The notes below the pieces were generated by a model. That model worked only from the letters and a program-made list of their open reading frames with translations. It ran no database searches and was not told where the DNA came from. A program made the position numbers and the translations under genes. This document shows positions 1 through 12,293 of a stretch of 45,480 nucleotides of DNA, one piece after another (the stretch's first letter is position 1; the number at the start of each line of letters is the position of its first letter). This stretch comes from Octopus bimaculoides (lineage: Eukaryota): contig NC_068991.1 of the NCBI RefSeq assembly GCF_001194135.2, forward strand, positions 75,026,316-75,071,795. The letters run 5' to 3'.

Positions 1-53
<53 letters not shown>
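1..53. repeat. (ATT)n microsatellite
   Basis: Direct reading; further (ATT/AAT)n tracts at 26705-26800, 36885-36925, 42983-43027. Confidence 0.95.
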
Positions 54-1480
54 TTTTTTTTTAACATATCCAGTGATTGTGAGTTCAGTTTGAATATTTC
101 CTTTTCCCTGTAAAATTTTATACCGTTAATCGATATAGCAATATATCTGAAATTGATGAATACATCACCTTTTTTTTTTTTCACTTTATACTTTTTCGTC
201 TTATATTTCAAGTGACACAGATCATTAATACGTTGAAGATGTCAAACAATTTTGCATTTTTGCAGATATCAGAAGTTTGATCTTACTTTGTGGTTAAAGA
301 CTTCATGTTTTGTTTTTGCAACTTGTGTACAACAACATTTAAATAATGTATGCACTAAGAAAGTGGTGAAATAGCTGTTGTCCATTGTATTATCTAAGAA
401 TTTAGCTCCTAAGGATAAATTAAATGGAAAGCTACACTGCATTTTAATTCCTACAAGCAAAAACAAAATATCTTTCAAAAATTAACTACCTTGCCGGTAA
501 TGTTTTTATTAGCTGTGATTGCATATTAAAATTTCATTTAATTTCGTTATCTAATTTGTAAATGTTAGACAAGATAAAGAATTTTAAGTAGGTTATTTAA
601 TTTTTTTTTTCTTTTATTCAGTCCATAAATTATTTCATTTTAATCGAATGTGGTTATAAAGTTTTATTTTTAAATTACAGAAGACGGAATTGATTAATTA
701 TCTCTGATATTAAATGCTTGCAGAAATAAATTAGTTTTAGTTATAATAATGAAAAGAACCTAAGTCGTTTTCTGTAATGTCCAATATTATACACAGGCAA
801 TTGCAGAATTTTCACACAAGTTTTAATGAATGCTCACTAGATTGGCTGAAATTGTTTTAACACTTAGAACGATTCAAATAATTAACTGCAATCAAATAGT
901 GGGTTTTATGAACAGAAGGAAGGCATTGAAAACAAATGTAAAATTAGCATGGTTGTTAATTTCTAAGAAACTTATATAAAAGTGGCGATGTAGTTTACAC
1001 GACACAAATAGAGAGCTTTGTGGACATAGCATTAGCTTTTGGTATATTGCACTATGTGACTTCTATTCTGATTTAATTAAGATGTAATTTCATATCAAAT
1101 ATAGGACAGCTCAATCATAAAATGCTGATTAAGGTGGTTTAATTAGGAAGATATTTCTTAAGTTTACAGCATTGAATTCAAATATTACAAACATCTCAGT
1201 CTCATCCATTGCAGCAATTAGCTATTTAGGAAATGTCCATTATAGCTTTGCTTCGCAAGACTTCTTTGCATGTCTATCTCTTTCCCAAGCTCTCTCTCTA
1301 TACACATACACACACGCATGCACATCATCATCATTATTGCTTGAGTGCCCACTTGCCCTTGCTAGCCTGGATCGGATGGAATTTTCCTGACATGTTTCAC
1401 TAGAAGATTGGAAATAAAGGACACTGCCTGTATGACGGTGATGCTCATTTACAACCATCGTGCAATACATACACATACAT

Positions 1481-1662
1481 GGTGCAGGAGTGGCTGTCTG
1501 GTAAGAAGCTTGCTTCCCAATCACATGGTTCCAAATTCAGTCCTACTGTGTAGCAGCTTGAGCAAGTGTCTTCTACTACAGTTTTGAGCTGATTTATGCC
1601 TTGTGAATGCATTTGGTAGAGAGAAACTGAAAGAAGCCTGCTGTGTATATATATATATATAT
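1481..1662 (+). mobile_element. SINE family B, 5' half running into its (TA)n and the assembly gap
   Basis: GGTGCAGGAGTGGCTGTCTGGTAAGAAGCTTGCTTCCCAATCACATGGTTCC...GAAACTGAAAGAAGCCTG then (TA)n. Confidence 0.75.
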
Positions 1663-2076
1663 NNNNNNNNNNNNNNNNNNNNNNNNNNNNNNNNNNNNNN
1701 NNNNNNNNNNNNNNNNNNNNNNNNNNNNNNNNNNNNNNNNNNNNNNNNNNNNNNNNNNNNNNNNNNNNNNNNNNNNNNNNNNNNNNNNNNNNNNNNNNNN
1801 NNNNNNNNNNNNNNNNNNNNNNNNNNNNNNNNNNNNNNNNNNNNNNNNNNNNNNNNNNNNNNNNNNNNNNNNNNNNNNNNNNNNNNNNNNNNNNNNNNNN
1901 NNNNNNNNNNNNNNNNNNNNNNNNNNNNNNNNNNNNNNNNNNNNNNNNNNNNNNNNNNNNNNNNNNNNNNNNNNNNNNNNNNNNNNNNNNNNNNNNNNNN
2001 NNNNNNNNNNNNNNNNNNNNNNNNNNNNNNNNNNNNNNNNNNNNNNNNNNNNNNNNNNNNNNNNNNNNNNNNNNNN
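1663..2076. other. Assembly gap flanked by (TA)n
   Basis: N run. Confidence 1.
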
Positions 2077-2112
<36 letters not shown>

Positions 2113-4467
2113 TACATATCTGTGTGTATGTGGGTGGGGGGGCCTTGTGTTTCTGTCATTAGTTTGACGTAAAAGATTGTTTTGGAAAGCTGTTTTTGGA
2201 AAGTGCATACATATCAATGAAGAATATCACTTTTTGGGAGTCATTAGAGCATTGGCAAAATGCTTCGTGGTATTTGTTTGAATTCTCTTCCCTCTGAGTT
2301 CACATCCCACTGCAACTGTGTCAATCATCCTTTTATGGGTCAATGAAAAAATACCATCTAAGTTGGTTGAACTGTAGGACATTGGGGAGGATTTCTTTCA
2401 GCCCTTTGATTTCTAAGTTCACATCCTATTGTGCCCTAATTTGGTGGTAGATTTAACTTGTCACTCAGTTTATCACAACCAATTGACACCTACTTTTAGT
2501 AGGGCCTACGCTACTGCAAGCACACAAGCCATATTTTTTTTTGGGGGGGGAGGATACTCCCCCCCCCCGCCATCTATCACTCTAATCTTGAAGGTCCTAT
2601 ATGTAGGTCTCAGGTGCTGCCTTCCTTCATTTGGAAAAAATAAAAGGAGGCATGTCGGAAAGGGTATTGTACTAGCAACTTAGTCTCTTTCCAGTGTCGC
2701 ATCCTGCTATAAATCAGTGATGGAATGTCCCTCAAATTACACTAAATCACTTTGAATACAGAAAGAGGGGTGCATTAGATGTATGTAGTTTAAGATACTT
2801 GAAACATATTGAATGGTCATATATGTGCCTGGTCAGGGTTGTCCTGGGCCTCAGAGACCACTATAAAATCTAGATATCTATGTTCTTAAACGCATGTTTA
2901 ATAAAAACGTAAGGTCTGCTTGTTCAGAATGAGAATTTCATAAGTTGTGAAAGAAATATAATGAATTAAGATTGAACATCAGAACTGATCAATAGTTTAA
3001 AATATATTTGTGATGAAATTAAAATTAACATAATTAATGAATAATTAGTTTCATCACTGTGTATTGTCACTACATATAGTTTAATGTAAAATTAGGTCTT
3101 TTCTACCCTGTGAAACATTCATTTTTGTTATAATGTAGTTTCTGTGTATCACTTAGTGTCGTGCACGGATTACCACAGAATGGGGTAGACACCAACTGTT
3201 TCCATTTGATCTATTACCAAATACTCTGCCAACAGACGTAGCAATTCCAAAACAACTCACAATAATTTCCTGCAACTCCACGAACTCATGAATGAAACCG
3301 TTTGACTTCCTGCGATTTTCTCATCTCTTGCTCTCAGTCAAACATGCTGCTACTCACACGAGTTTGGCTAGTCCATTCTCACAGGGGGGTGGGTAACATG
3401 ATTCTCACCATAACAAATTTATAGACATTTTCATTCAGGAGTTTCATCATCATTATTGCCATCCCTATTACTATCTTCCTCATCATCATTACTTTATCTT
3501 CCCTTTCTGTAGAAGAATGAGTTGGAGGCTGTGATAGGATTAGCAAATCATAGAAGCTTGTTTTGCTTCAATGGCTCACTCACTGTTGCCAAGACTTTCA
3601 CAGCTGCATGCCCTTCCTAATGCCAACCACTCTGCAGAGTGTACTGGATGATGAGGATGATGATGAGGATGACAACCAACAGTTGTGATGTGGCATTGTA
3701 ACTCAGAAAACTAAGAAGCCTCTACATTTATTGTCTTCCTAAGTTTGTGTGTTTCAGTATGACACATACATCTAACCCTTTAACTGTGTAGACCAACCAA
3801 ATCGAGTCCAAATATTTTACCTATTTTTCATTCAAACTAACCAGATCTGACCTCTCACAACTACCCTACAATGACATTCTAAAAATAAACAATCACATCA
3901 AGAAAATCTTGAAGCTATGAGATAATGCGTGAGAAATTCAACACAATGTGAATAAATAAGCATTACATTGGACTGAGTAATCAAAACTCTAAAGAGTTAA
4001 TATTAGGAATGCTTCCCTAAACATAATTGCACATTTTACAAAGATACATACTTTGGATCATATTTTTTCTTTACCCCTTTTTTTAAATACTCAGATACTG
4101 CTGTAACTGTAGAGAGAACCCATTTATTTTTCATCAGTGTACTTTTTCGGTACATGCTCAGGACATGTGTTGCTAAGTACCAATGTCAGATTAACTGCAT
4201 GGTAAATTATGTGCATTACTATCGGCAACCTTTTCACCCAATGAATAGAACCAGATGTTGTCTATTATAAAGTCATCTCTGTTCAGGTTACTATGCTGCG
4301 ACACGACTGTCAAAATGTTCTTTCTTTTTTTCATCTTGTTTTGAGAGATTTAGAATTAAAATTATCATTTGGATGTGTGTGTATATACCTATTTATGTAT
4401 GTATATATGCATATATGTGTGTGGTCTATATAAATATATATATATATAAATATATATATATATAAAT

Positions 4468-4517
<50 letters not shown>

Positions 4518-4823
4518 NNNNNNNNNNNNNNNNNNNNNNNNNNNNNNNNNNNNNNNNNNNNNNNNNNNNNNNNNNNNNNNNNNNNNNNNNNNNNNNNNNN
4601 NNNNNNNNNNNNNNNNNNNNNNNNNNNNNNNNNNNNNNNNNNNNNNNNNNNNNNNNNNNNNNNNNNNNNNNNNNNNNNNNNNNNNNNNNNNNNNNNNNNN
4701 NNNNNNNNNNNNNNNNNNNNNNNNNNNNNNNNNNNNNNNNNNNNNNNNNNNNNNNNNNNNNNNNNNNNNNNNNNNNNNNNNNNNNNNNNNNNNNNNNNNN
4801 NNNNNNNNNNNNNNNNNNNNNNN
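4518..4823. other. Assembly gap flanked by (TA)n
   Basis: N run. Confidence 1.
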
Positions 4824-5904
4824 ATATATATATGAGAGGGAGAGAGAAATAGGGTGAGAAGAACAGCAATATGTAATATGAGTACTTAGCTGGAATGCGT
4901 TACACTTGAATTCCAATCCTGCTGGTTTTCAATCCTTAAATGTTAATAAAATAATGTACTGCAAATAATATATTTATGTTGAGTCAATCGGACATATTCG
5001 GTTCTATTAGCAAAAATGGTTTTATACCTTAAGGAAATATCGAGCAGATAAAAATATATATTTATATATGTTTATACTTTTTTATTCATTTGAACATAAG
5101 CTAGTAGATCTATCCATGAGTTATATATATAAAAAAAAAGTAATAAAAAAATAAAACTGTTTATTGTTGGTAGTTATTATGTACATACAATTTCAAATAT
5201 GTCTCTATGTAAATTTGTTTTCGAGATTGTAATCATATTTATGTCTATTGTTAGTATTCGCTGTGCAGCATTTCTATATGGTCTGCAAGGAAATTATACA
5301 TACATACATATACATGCATACACATACACACACACACACACACATGTATATATGTAAAAGCCCTGTTTTGTATCCATTACCATCACAGTTTGATTACAAT
5401 TGCAGACAGCTGCAAGCAATGCTTCTTTTCCACCCATTATCACAGATTCAATAATCAATTTTAGCCCTTCATTCAGGTGATTATCCTGGGCCATTCACAG
5501 GAGTCAAATCCTTTGGTAGAATTTGAACTCAGAGCACAAGCCAGCGTCATAGACGCCACGAGGCACCTCATCTGCCAATCTTCTGTCCTGATGTGTACTA
5601 ATTCTCACACAATCCTGCTTCCAAAACTACCAAAATTCAAACACTGTTATATCCTAGAATATTGTAAAATATTTCACAATTAAAATCATTAATTTTGATT
5701 AAATACTTAATATTATTAATTTATTTATTGATCTATATTTTGGTGGGGTCAGCTTTCAAATATAGAAGTTTATGCAGATTCATATTTGTGCTATTTATCT
5801 TCAATTTTACAGAGACTTTTGCTATTTTCTGATCCAACAAGCTCAATGTTACATTGTATATAATATATATATATATATTTGCTGATCCCTTAATTATGTT
5901 TATA

Positions 5905-6101
5905 NNNNNNNNNNNNNNNNNNNNNNNNNNNNNNNNNNNNNNNNNNNNNNNNNNNNNNNNNNNNNNNNNNNNNNNNNNNNNNNNNNNNNNNNNNNNNNNN
6001 NNNNNNNNNNNNNNNNNNNNNNNNNNNNNNNNNNNNNNNNNNNNNNNNNNNNNNNNNNNNNNNNNNNNNNNNNNNNNNNNNNNNNNNNNNNNNNNNNNNN
6101 N
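5905..6101. other. Assembly gap flanked by (TA)n
   Basis: N run. Confidence 1.
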
Positions 6102-6136
<35 letters not shown>

Positions 6137-6189
6137 GTATATATAATCGAAGGCAGAAGGGCACTCAATGCTCTTGAGCTTCACAGATT

Positions 6190-6475
6190 TGCACACGCTG
6201 GTGAGGTTGACAGGATTGTTATGTTCAGCTTCAACAGAAGGAAGGAAGTCTTGAAGCTTACTCTTCTGAGAAGGAAGAACTGAACAAAGCGTTTAATGCA
6301 GGGTCCAGGAGGAGGGCCTCAGTAAGGGTGATAGGACAAGAAGAAATGCTCATTGGACAAACAAAATCTGGGTGGCAAAGGTAGGCAGTTAGCTAGTTCA
6401 GAGGAGCATAGTCTATTGTTAGGTGAGGCGAAGAGAAGAAACAGCATGTCTGTGAGTTAATGGTTAGATATTTTG
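6190..6475 (-). mobile_element. Degenerate CR1/Jockey-group LINE fragment (ORF2 C-terminal region)
   Basis: Frameshifted peptides PLTHRHAVSSL and NNRLCSSELANCLP resemble the LQPLxHRRxVxSLxLFYRYYxGxCSSEL region downstream of the RT domain in these LINEs; same motif at 23850-24185. Confidence 0.6.
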
Positions 6476-7357
6476 CCTGTCGGTCGAATGACCTTCTTTT
6501 GAATGCAATCTCAGATTGTGAATGTATGCATATATGCATGTTTGCACGTCTGTATGTGTGTGTGTGTGCGTAACAACAATAGGATTGTCACATAGATGTG
6601 AACAGTATTCCGATACAGGTCTTACTTGTGCTTCCCAGAGGCTTAAAAAGTGATCGGGTTTGGTGTATTTCATGGTTCACCGAACCATCTCTGTAGCTTT
6701 TATGCAGCATTTTGGCTTCTATTTTTGCATTTTGTTTTAACAATTACTATCAGTATGCTTTAGCAATTTAATATCTGTCTGTCTGTTAAGGAAACTTACG
6801 ACCATAAATGTTAAAACAAAACAAAACCAATAATAATAATAATAATAAATCCGAAGTTATAACGGCTTTTTTTGTCTTTTAGTTAAATTTTTGATAATTT
6901 AAAAATAAATTTGTTTACTAATACCAGCATAACAACCATAAACGAAGTTATTGTCAAAACAGTCCAGATTTAAATGTTTAAATTATAGTTTAATATTGGA
7001 AAGATAAAGATAGTGCTTTTTATTTGTGTTTGGTTTCTAAGTGCTGAACATGGGCGCCATCTACAAATGATTTCTCAAATCCTTGAGAAACAGTTGTTTA
7101 TCTGCTAAGTATATCTCCTCGGTAATGGGCCAGACGCGATTTAAATCTGTTCAATATTTTTAATATTTGTTATTTCTTCTTGTATCTGTTCACATATTGT
7201 TTTTGAAATGACTTTTTAAATGTTTACTAAAATGAAATGATTTAGTTAGAAGAAATAACTAACTTTAAATCACATTGTTCTAGGATTTGGAGTTTCTTTT
7301 TTTTTCATTTTTTTTATTTCATTTTTTTTTGTTGTTTTTTTTTAAATTTAAATTATT

Positions 7358-8500
7358 CTATACTTGTGTCACTTCTGTTTGAATTGAACTATAAGTTACG
7401 CCATTCTTGTTAGTTCGATTCCGAACATTATTTACACAAACGTTAAAGATGTGAGTCCTGAATGTTTTTCGGAAAGCTTGACTCATAATACAGTAAAGAA
7501 TAAAATTAATTGCACTGTTAATTAGTACGAGAATATCCATTACATCTCCTAAAGGCACATAAACATTTGAGAAAAAATCTTGGTGGATGCCACTTATCAG
7601 AGCAAGTATTCCTTGTGGTAACTCAGTAATAACCACTGATAAGACCACAGCTATAAGCATCTTTGTTGTTCTGTTGCTTTCTGTGCTAGAAGATTCTTGT
7701 GTAGCTCGTGAGCCTTGTGAATGGAGTCGAGCTTTTCGTTTTTCTGCTTTATGCATTGCATGTATTAAGATAGCACTGAGGATTGTCAAGAATGTGCATG
7801 GCGCTACCTTCATCAAGACACCGAAGAGCCAAAATGTTATGGTGAAAAAGATAGGTGGAAGATCCCGTTGATATATCCAGTATGAAATATTGGTACCGTC
7901 TGATGACATCTCATTGACGACAAATTGTGCATAGTTAGGTATACAAAACAAGATGTTTATTCCAACTGTTATTAAAACTGTAAGTTTTGAGCGGGCTAAG
8001 TTGCAGAGTGTTGGTGCTTGTGTGTGATGACAAACAAAGATATATCGGAAAACAGCCAATGAAACAGTTAACCAAAGTGCTATGGTATGGCAGGTTATGA
8101 TAAAGTTGTTGTGAATAACAATGAATAGCACCCATGCATATGGATGATAGGAACTTTGGCTAGGAGAAGCAAAAATATAAAGGTATGCAGCATATGGGAT
8201 ATATGTTGTCATAGTGAACATATCAAAAATTGCTAGAGCTGTTAAAATATAATTAGTAGGAGAAATCATGTGTTTTCTTGTCAACACAAAAATATTCAAT
8301 ATGTTTGAAATTACCCCAAATATACAAACAGTGACACTAATATAACCATGCGCTTTCTCATATACAGCGGAAAATTTCATAAATCCACTGCGTTCTGGAT
8401 TTTCAATATCAGTCATACCTGTCGCTGTTGAGGAGACATTCTCCCACAGTGACATATTGGCTGCATATTCCATGTTGTCGTAGGAATCATTTAAGAACAT
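7358..8500 (-). CDS. Class A (rhodopsin-like) neuropeptide GPCR, myosuppressin receptor / DMSR-1-like, 380 aa, coding sequence uninterrupted
   Basis: Seven hydrophobic segments: TM1 ISVTVCIFGVISNILNIFVL; TM2 NYILTALAIFD (LAxxD); TM3 HTIALWLTVSLAVFRY; TM4 LTVLITVGINILFCIP; TM5 FWLFGVLMKVAPCTFL; TM6 TKMLIAVVLSVVITELPQG; TM7 GDVMDILVLINSAINFILYC, then MSQAFRKTF helix 8. N-terminal sequons NDS, NMS, NVS. In-frame TAA at 8522-8524 upstream of the ATG. ELPQG and DxLxLINSxINFILYCxMS are recognised from myosuppressin receptor/DMSR-1 proteins; subfamily call is from memory, not a search. Confidence 0.93.
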   Translation of the reverse strand: MFLNDSYDNMEYAANMSLWENVSSTATGMTDIENPERSGFMKFSAVYEKAHGYISVTVCIFGVISNILNIFVLTRKHMISPTNYILTALAIFDMFTMTTYIPYAAYLYIFASPSQSSYHPYAWVLFIVIHNNFIITCHTIALWLTVSLAVFRYIFVCHHTQAPTLCNLARSKLTVLITVGINILFCIPNYAQFVVNEMSSDGTNISYWIYQRDLPPIFFTITFWLFGVLMKVAPCTFLTILSAILIHAMHKAEKRKARLHSQGSRATQESSSTESNRTTKMLIAVVLSVVITELPQGILALISGIHQDFFSNVYVPLGDVMDILVLINSAINFILYCIMSQAFRKTFRTHIFNVCVNNVRNRTNKNGVTYSSIQTEVTQV

Positions 8501-8526
8501 TATGCTGAGCAGGTTGGTTCGTTATT

Positions 8527-9150
8527 CTTTGGAATATAAAGTAAAACAGAAAAAGAATTTATAATCCAATATGAGAAATAATCCAGATAAATTCATGCAT
8601 ATATTTTCTGTTACCTTGTTCTTTTTATTCGTGGATTTAAATGCCCAATAAGTGTTTAATCCAATCTTCCATGGGTGGTGGTGATAGCAGTAGTAATAGT
8701 AGTAGTAGTTGTAGTAGTAGTAGTAGTTGTAGTTGTTTCAGAGCAGTATTTTCCAAGAAAGAGGCGGGAGGGAGAGAAAGAAGAAGAATTTTTGTTTTGA
8801 ATATTAGAATTGCTAAATATTCAAAAGCACTTTACATTTCATCAGAATCTTTTTCATTGAGATTAATATTAATTGATGCTGTATCACTTCTCTTTAATGT
8901 TCCTCAAGTGATGCACTGTTGGCTTTCAATGTTACATTTCCGCAACCAAACAATTTGCTGATCTTCTTAAGTAGATGAGAAACAGTGCCGCTGTCGATGT
9001 TTCAATTTTCACCTGATTGGTTTACCCATGGCCTTCAACTTTTAGGTTCCTTGTATTTTATTCAGGTTGATGGAGGTTTTGGTGAAACTGGTAAACTTCC
9101 CATATCACATTCCAGAAAATTTTCTGTTTGAAAAAAAAAAAAATGAAAAA
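8527..9150 (-). promoter_or_regulatory. Candidate 5'UTR splice signals of the GPCR
   Basis: Minus strand: acceptor TTTTTTTTTTTTTCAAACAG (AG at 9124-9125); donors CAG|GTGAAA (GT 9011-9012) and AAG|GTAACA (GT 8613-8614); acceptor TTCTTTTTCTGTTTTACTTTATATTCCAAAG (AG 8527-8528). Motif-only, no transcript data. Confidence 0.35.
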
Positions 9151-9195
9151 AAGCAATATAGAATATATTTTATCCTTTTTAATTAAATTAAAGAG

Positions 9196-9244
<49 letters not shown>

Positions 9245-10609
9245 CATACATTCACCATATGCATATATATTATAAATATATGCATAATATGTATAGAATG
9301 AATTAAACAGACTTGGTACCAATATGTTTTATATCAAATAATTGTTTTAATTCCGTTGTTTTCTTTTTAATAGCTGCTGCTTTCTTTGCTGCGATGCATA
9401 ATCAATTTGTATTACCTGTCACACTGTTTTAATACTGAAAGCAATTTTCAATCGATAAAACATTTAAATTACTGAATACGTAACTTATTTTGATTTTTAT
9501 ACAAAGTTTTAATTAGAAGATTTTTGTTTTCTTCGCCTCCTCATTCTTCTCGAGTCTCTCATGTGTTTCATATAAAAGTAAGAAGATAATTATGTCACAA
9601 ACAGTTAATAATTTTTGTTGTTATTCTCTGTCATGAATATCAATTAATATAATAAGAATTTTTATTGCTGTATATTTTGAAGATACAGCTTAAGGCAAAT
9701 ATCTAAATTCCTACTCTGTTTCAAGATTTTGGTTCTATACATGTGTGTGCTTCTGTATATGTCTCTCTGTGTGTGTGTGTGTGTACATACGAATATGTGT
9801 GATTTTTGTGCTTATCTATATGTGTGTTTGTGTGTACTTACATGTGTATGTGTTTGTGATTGCTTACATATATCTCCAACATTGTGTGCTATTAAGTCAG
9901 TGCTTCAAAAATCATTTAACTTAGAAAAGAAACGTTGGTTAAGTGAAAAATTTTGTTCTATTAATTATTATCCGAGGCAATCTCCAGTCAATTTAGAATG
10001 AAGTGAAATGGCTTTGAAAGTTATTAAATTAGACGAAGGCCAAGACATTTTTCAGGCATGATTGAAAGAGATTTTGAATAATATCTTCAAGTAATATTGC
10101 CTTGACAGGAAAGAGAAAAACAATTATATGATGCCGCCATACCTGATAGAGCCTTGTAGATATCAATATGTTTGTTCGTTATAGGATTAGGTTTAAATAA
10201 TTAAAAGTTATGATTTCTAATTCGTTATGAAAGAAGCATATAGAATGTATTTTGGTTGTCTTATTTTTAATACTTGAAAAATATGCACACAGATAAACTT
10301 GAGCACTGTAGAATTTAAATTTAATTCTTAATTACTAACCTGTCAATTTTGCCTTTAATATCATATTTGAGTTCTCTCTAAGTTTATTAAGTTTTTCAAT
10401 AGTGTTTTAACACCAAAAATACACAAATATATATTAATGCATTGTAGAATTCCCAGTTACTAATCTGTCACTTTTACTTTTTCCATAGCATATTTGAATT
10501 GTGTCTAAATTTATTTAGTTTTCCTGAAATAATGTCAATATTGTGTCACATTTCTCAACTTCATTTTAGGGGACTTGTTGCACAGTGTAGCAATGTACTT
10601 TCTCTGTCA

Positions 10610-10812
10610 CCTCTTCTTCTTTTTACGTTATACTTCTGTTGAAATACTTGCTTTGCTTTAATAAATTTTGAAAATAATGAAGCATTTAGTAAAAATATAA
10701 CTTTGTCTTTATTAAGTTGGTGTTTGGAACAAATTTAGATGAAAATATTTTAATTTCCATTAATGGGGAACTGCAAGTTTATATCAGAGCAAGTGGGTTT
10801 GATACCAAAGGG
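10610..10812. mobile_element. Older copy of the piggyBac-like MITE family, left end eroded
   Basis: Shares TTCTGTTGA..AATTTTGAAAATAATGAAG..TTTAGTAAAA..AACTTTG body with 11398-11619; ends GATACCAAAGGG-TTAA (TTAA 10813-10816). Confidence 0.6.
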
Positions 10813-11397
10813 TTAATATGATAGGAATTGAGGTTGTGTTTTTTTCTGTGAGCTGGTTTATGGTTCACTAAAGAAAAACAAGTCTGTTATTTGAGCACCT
10901 TAAGAAGTGTATGTTTGTTTGAGTATTTTCATGTTTTATTGCTATAACCTTATGCCAGATATATTCCTTTGATAGATTTGGATGACTGTAAGTTCTTACT
11001 AGGCTTGCCTTGCATATGGTCAGACCAGCACCAGCACCAGAATCTGCAGAACCCTGGATTACAAGTGCTGTGGTGCCCCTCAATGATATTTCCAATAACA
11101 TTTCTATTAATCCCTGGAAACCTTCCAGCTTGCAAAGTTCCCCTACACTGTAGTTGTTCAGTCTCATGCTATAATCTGGAACTTGGTCAGACCATTTTGT
11201 AGCCAATGAAAAGCAATAAACTGAACCAAATACACACATTTCTTTGTTACTTTGCAATATTGCATTTCATTCTCGTTCTTTCTATTCTTTTATTTTGCCT
11301 AAAATTGTGATAATTTCTTTCCAGTAAAAGGTCTTTCTTACATCCATTTAAGTTATTCTTACGTTAATGCCAAAATATTTAATCCAGGAAACATTAA

Positions 11398-11619
11398 CCC
11401 TTTTCTTGCGATATTTCTGTTGAGATGCTCTGTATTTCTTTCAATTAATTTTAAATATAACAAAGAATTTAGTAAAATAACTTGGTTATCATTAAGCTAG
11501 TGTTAGGAACATAAATTGTGACTAAGGTTTGGTAGAAGATTTTAATTCAAAACTTATCAAAACAAGACATTTGTACTACAGAGCCAGAGGTGGTTTCAGC
11601 CGGGTTGGTATCGAAAGGG
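11398..11619. mobile_element. piggyBac-like MITE
   Basis: TTAA (11394-11397) CCCTTT...AAAGGG TTAA (11620-11623); no coding capacity. Confidence 0.8.
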
Positions 11620-12260
11620 TTAATAAGCTAACTTGACATGATTATGTGACGAGGGATAACAACAAGTAATTAGTCAACAATTGTCAGAACTAGTATTCAG
11701 GATTACAGGTGAGTTCACTGCCATGAGGAAAGTTCAATGTGTGGAAAGTTTACTGTGGAAAGTTCACTATATCCATAGTGTCTCACCATTAATAGTTAAA
11801 AACTATCTTATTGAAAAATAATGGTGAATTGATGACGGTGAACTTTCCATGTGGTGAAATGATGACAATGAACTTACTGGACATGCATATTTAGTGTCCT
11901 AGGTTTCCCCCACAATGAGCTGTGTCTTCTGCTAGCTATGACTGTTTACTCAATACAGCCAGGAGCTGTAGCTTATAACAGTACAGAGTGCACATTATTA
12001 TATTAACAGTTCAACTGGTGATGCTTCAGTTGTCTGTTACTGTTGAAATATTGTTCAGGCAACTACAGTAATTCTTCATTGGCAGATATGGATAATAAGA
12101 TTAAGTTTAAAAAAAAAAAAAATTATATATTTCAGACAAGATCTTACAGGATTAAACTGTATAAGATGTGTTGTTGCAATGTCATTCAAGCCCATATCAG
12201 TTCAAAAAAAAAAAAAAAAAAAAAAAAAGTGGGTTTGAGTTCGGTGATTAAGATGAAATG

Positions 12261-12293
<33 letters not shown>

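Noticed and set aside
240-400. Strong plus-strand acceptor (TTTTGCATTTTTGCAG, 250-265) followed by a 35-codon frame and repeat-free AT-rich DNA
   Set aside because: Could be a terminal exon of an upstream gene, but the peptide is unrecognisable and the upstream context is outside the window.
3150-3420. Helitron-like 3' end on minus strand (CCGTGCACGACACTAAG)
   Set aside because: No complete subterminal hairpin or CTRR terminus.
6900-7357. GPCR poly(A) signal
   Set aside because: Several minus-strand AATAAA candidates (about 7019-7024, 7313-7318) in very AT-rich DNA; cannot choose without 3' end data.
7587-7871. 94-aa plus-strand ORF
   Set aside because: Antisense shadow of the GPCR coding sequence; no independent signal.
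10930-11150. Possible plus-strand exon(s): TTCTTACTAG| then RLALHMVRPAPAPESAEPW...SSPTL*, with GACT|GTAAGT just upstream
   Set aside because: No recognisable homology and no partner exons; needs RNA-seq or tBLASTn. Left open rather than called.
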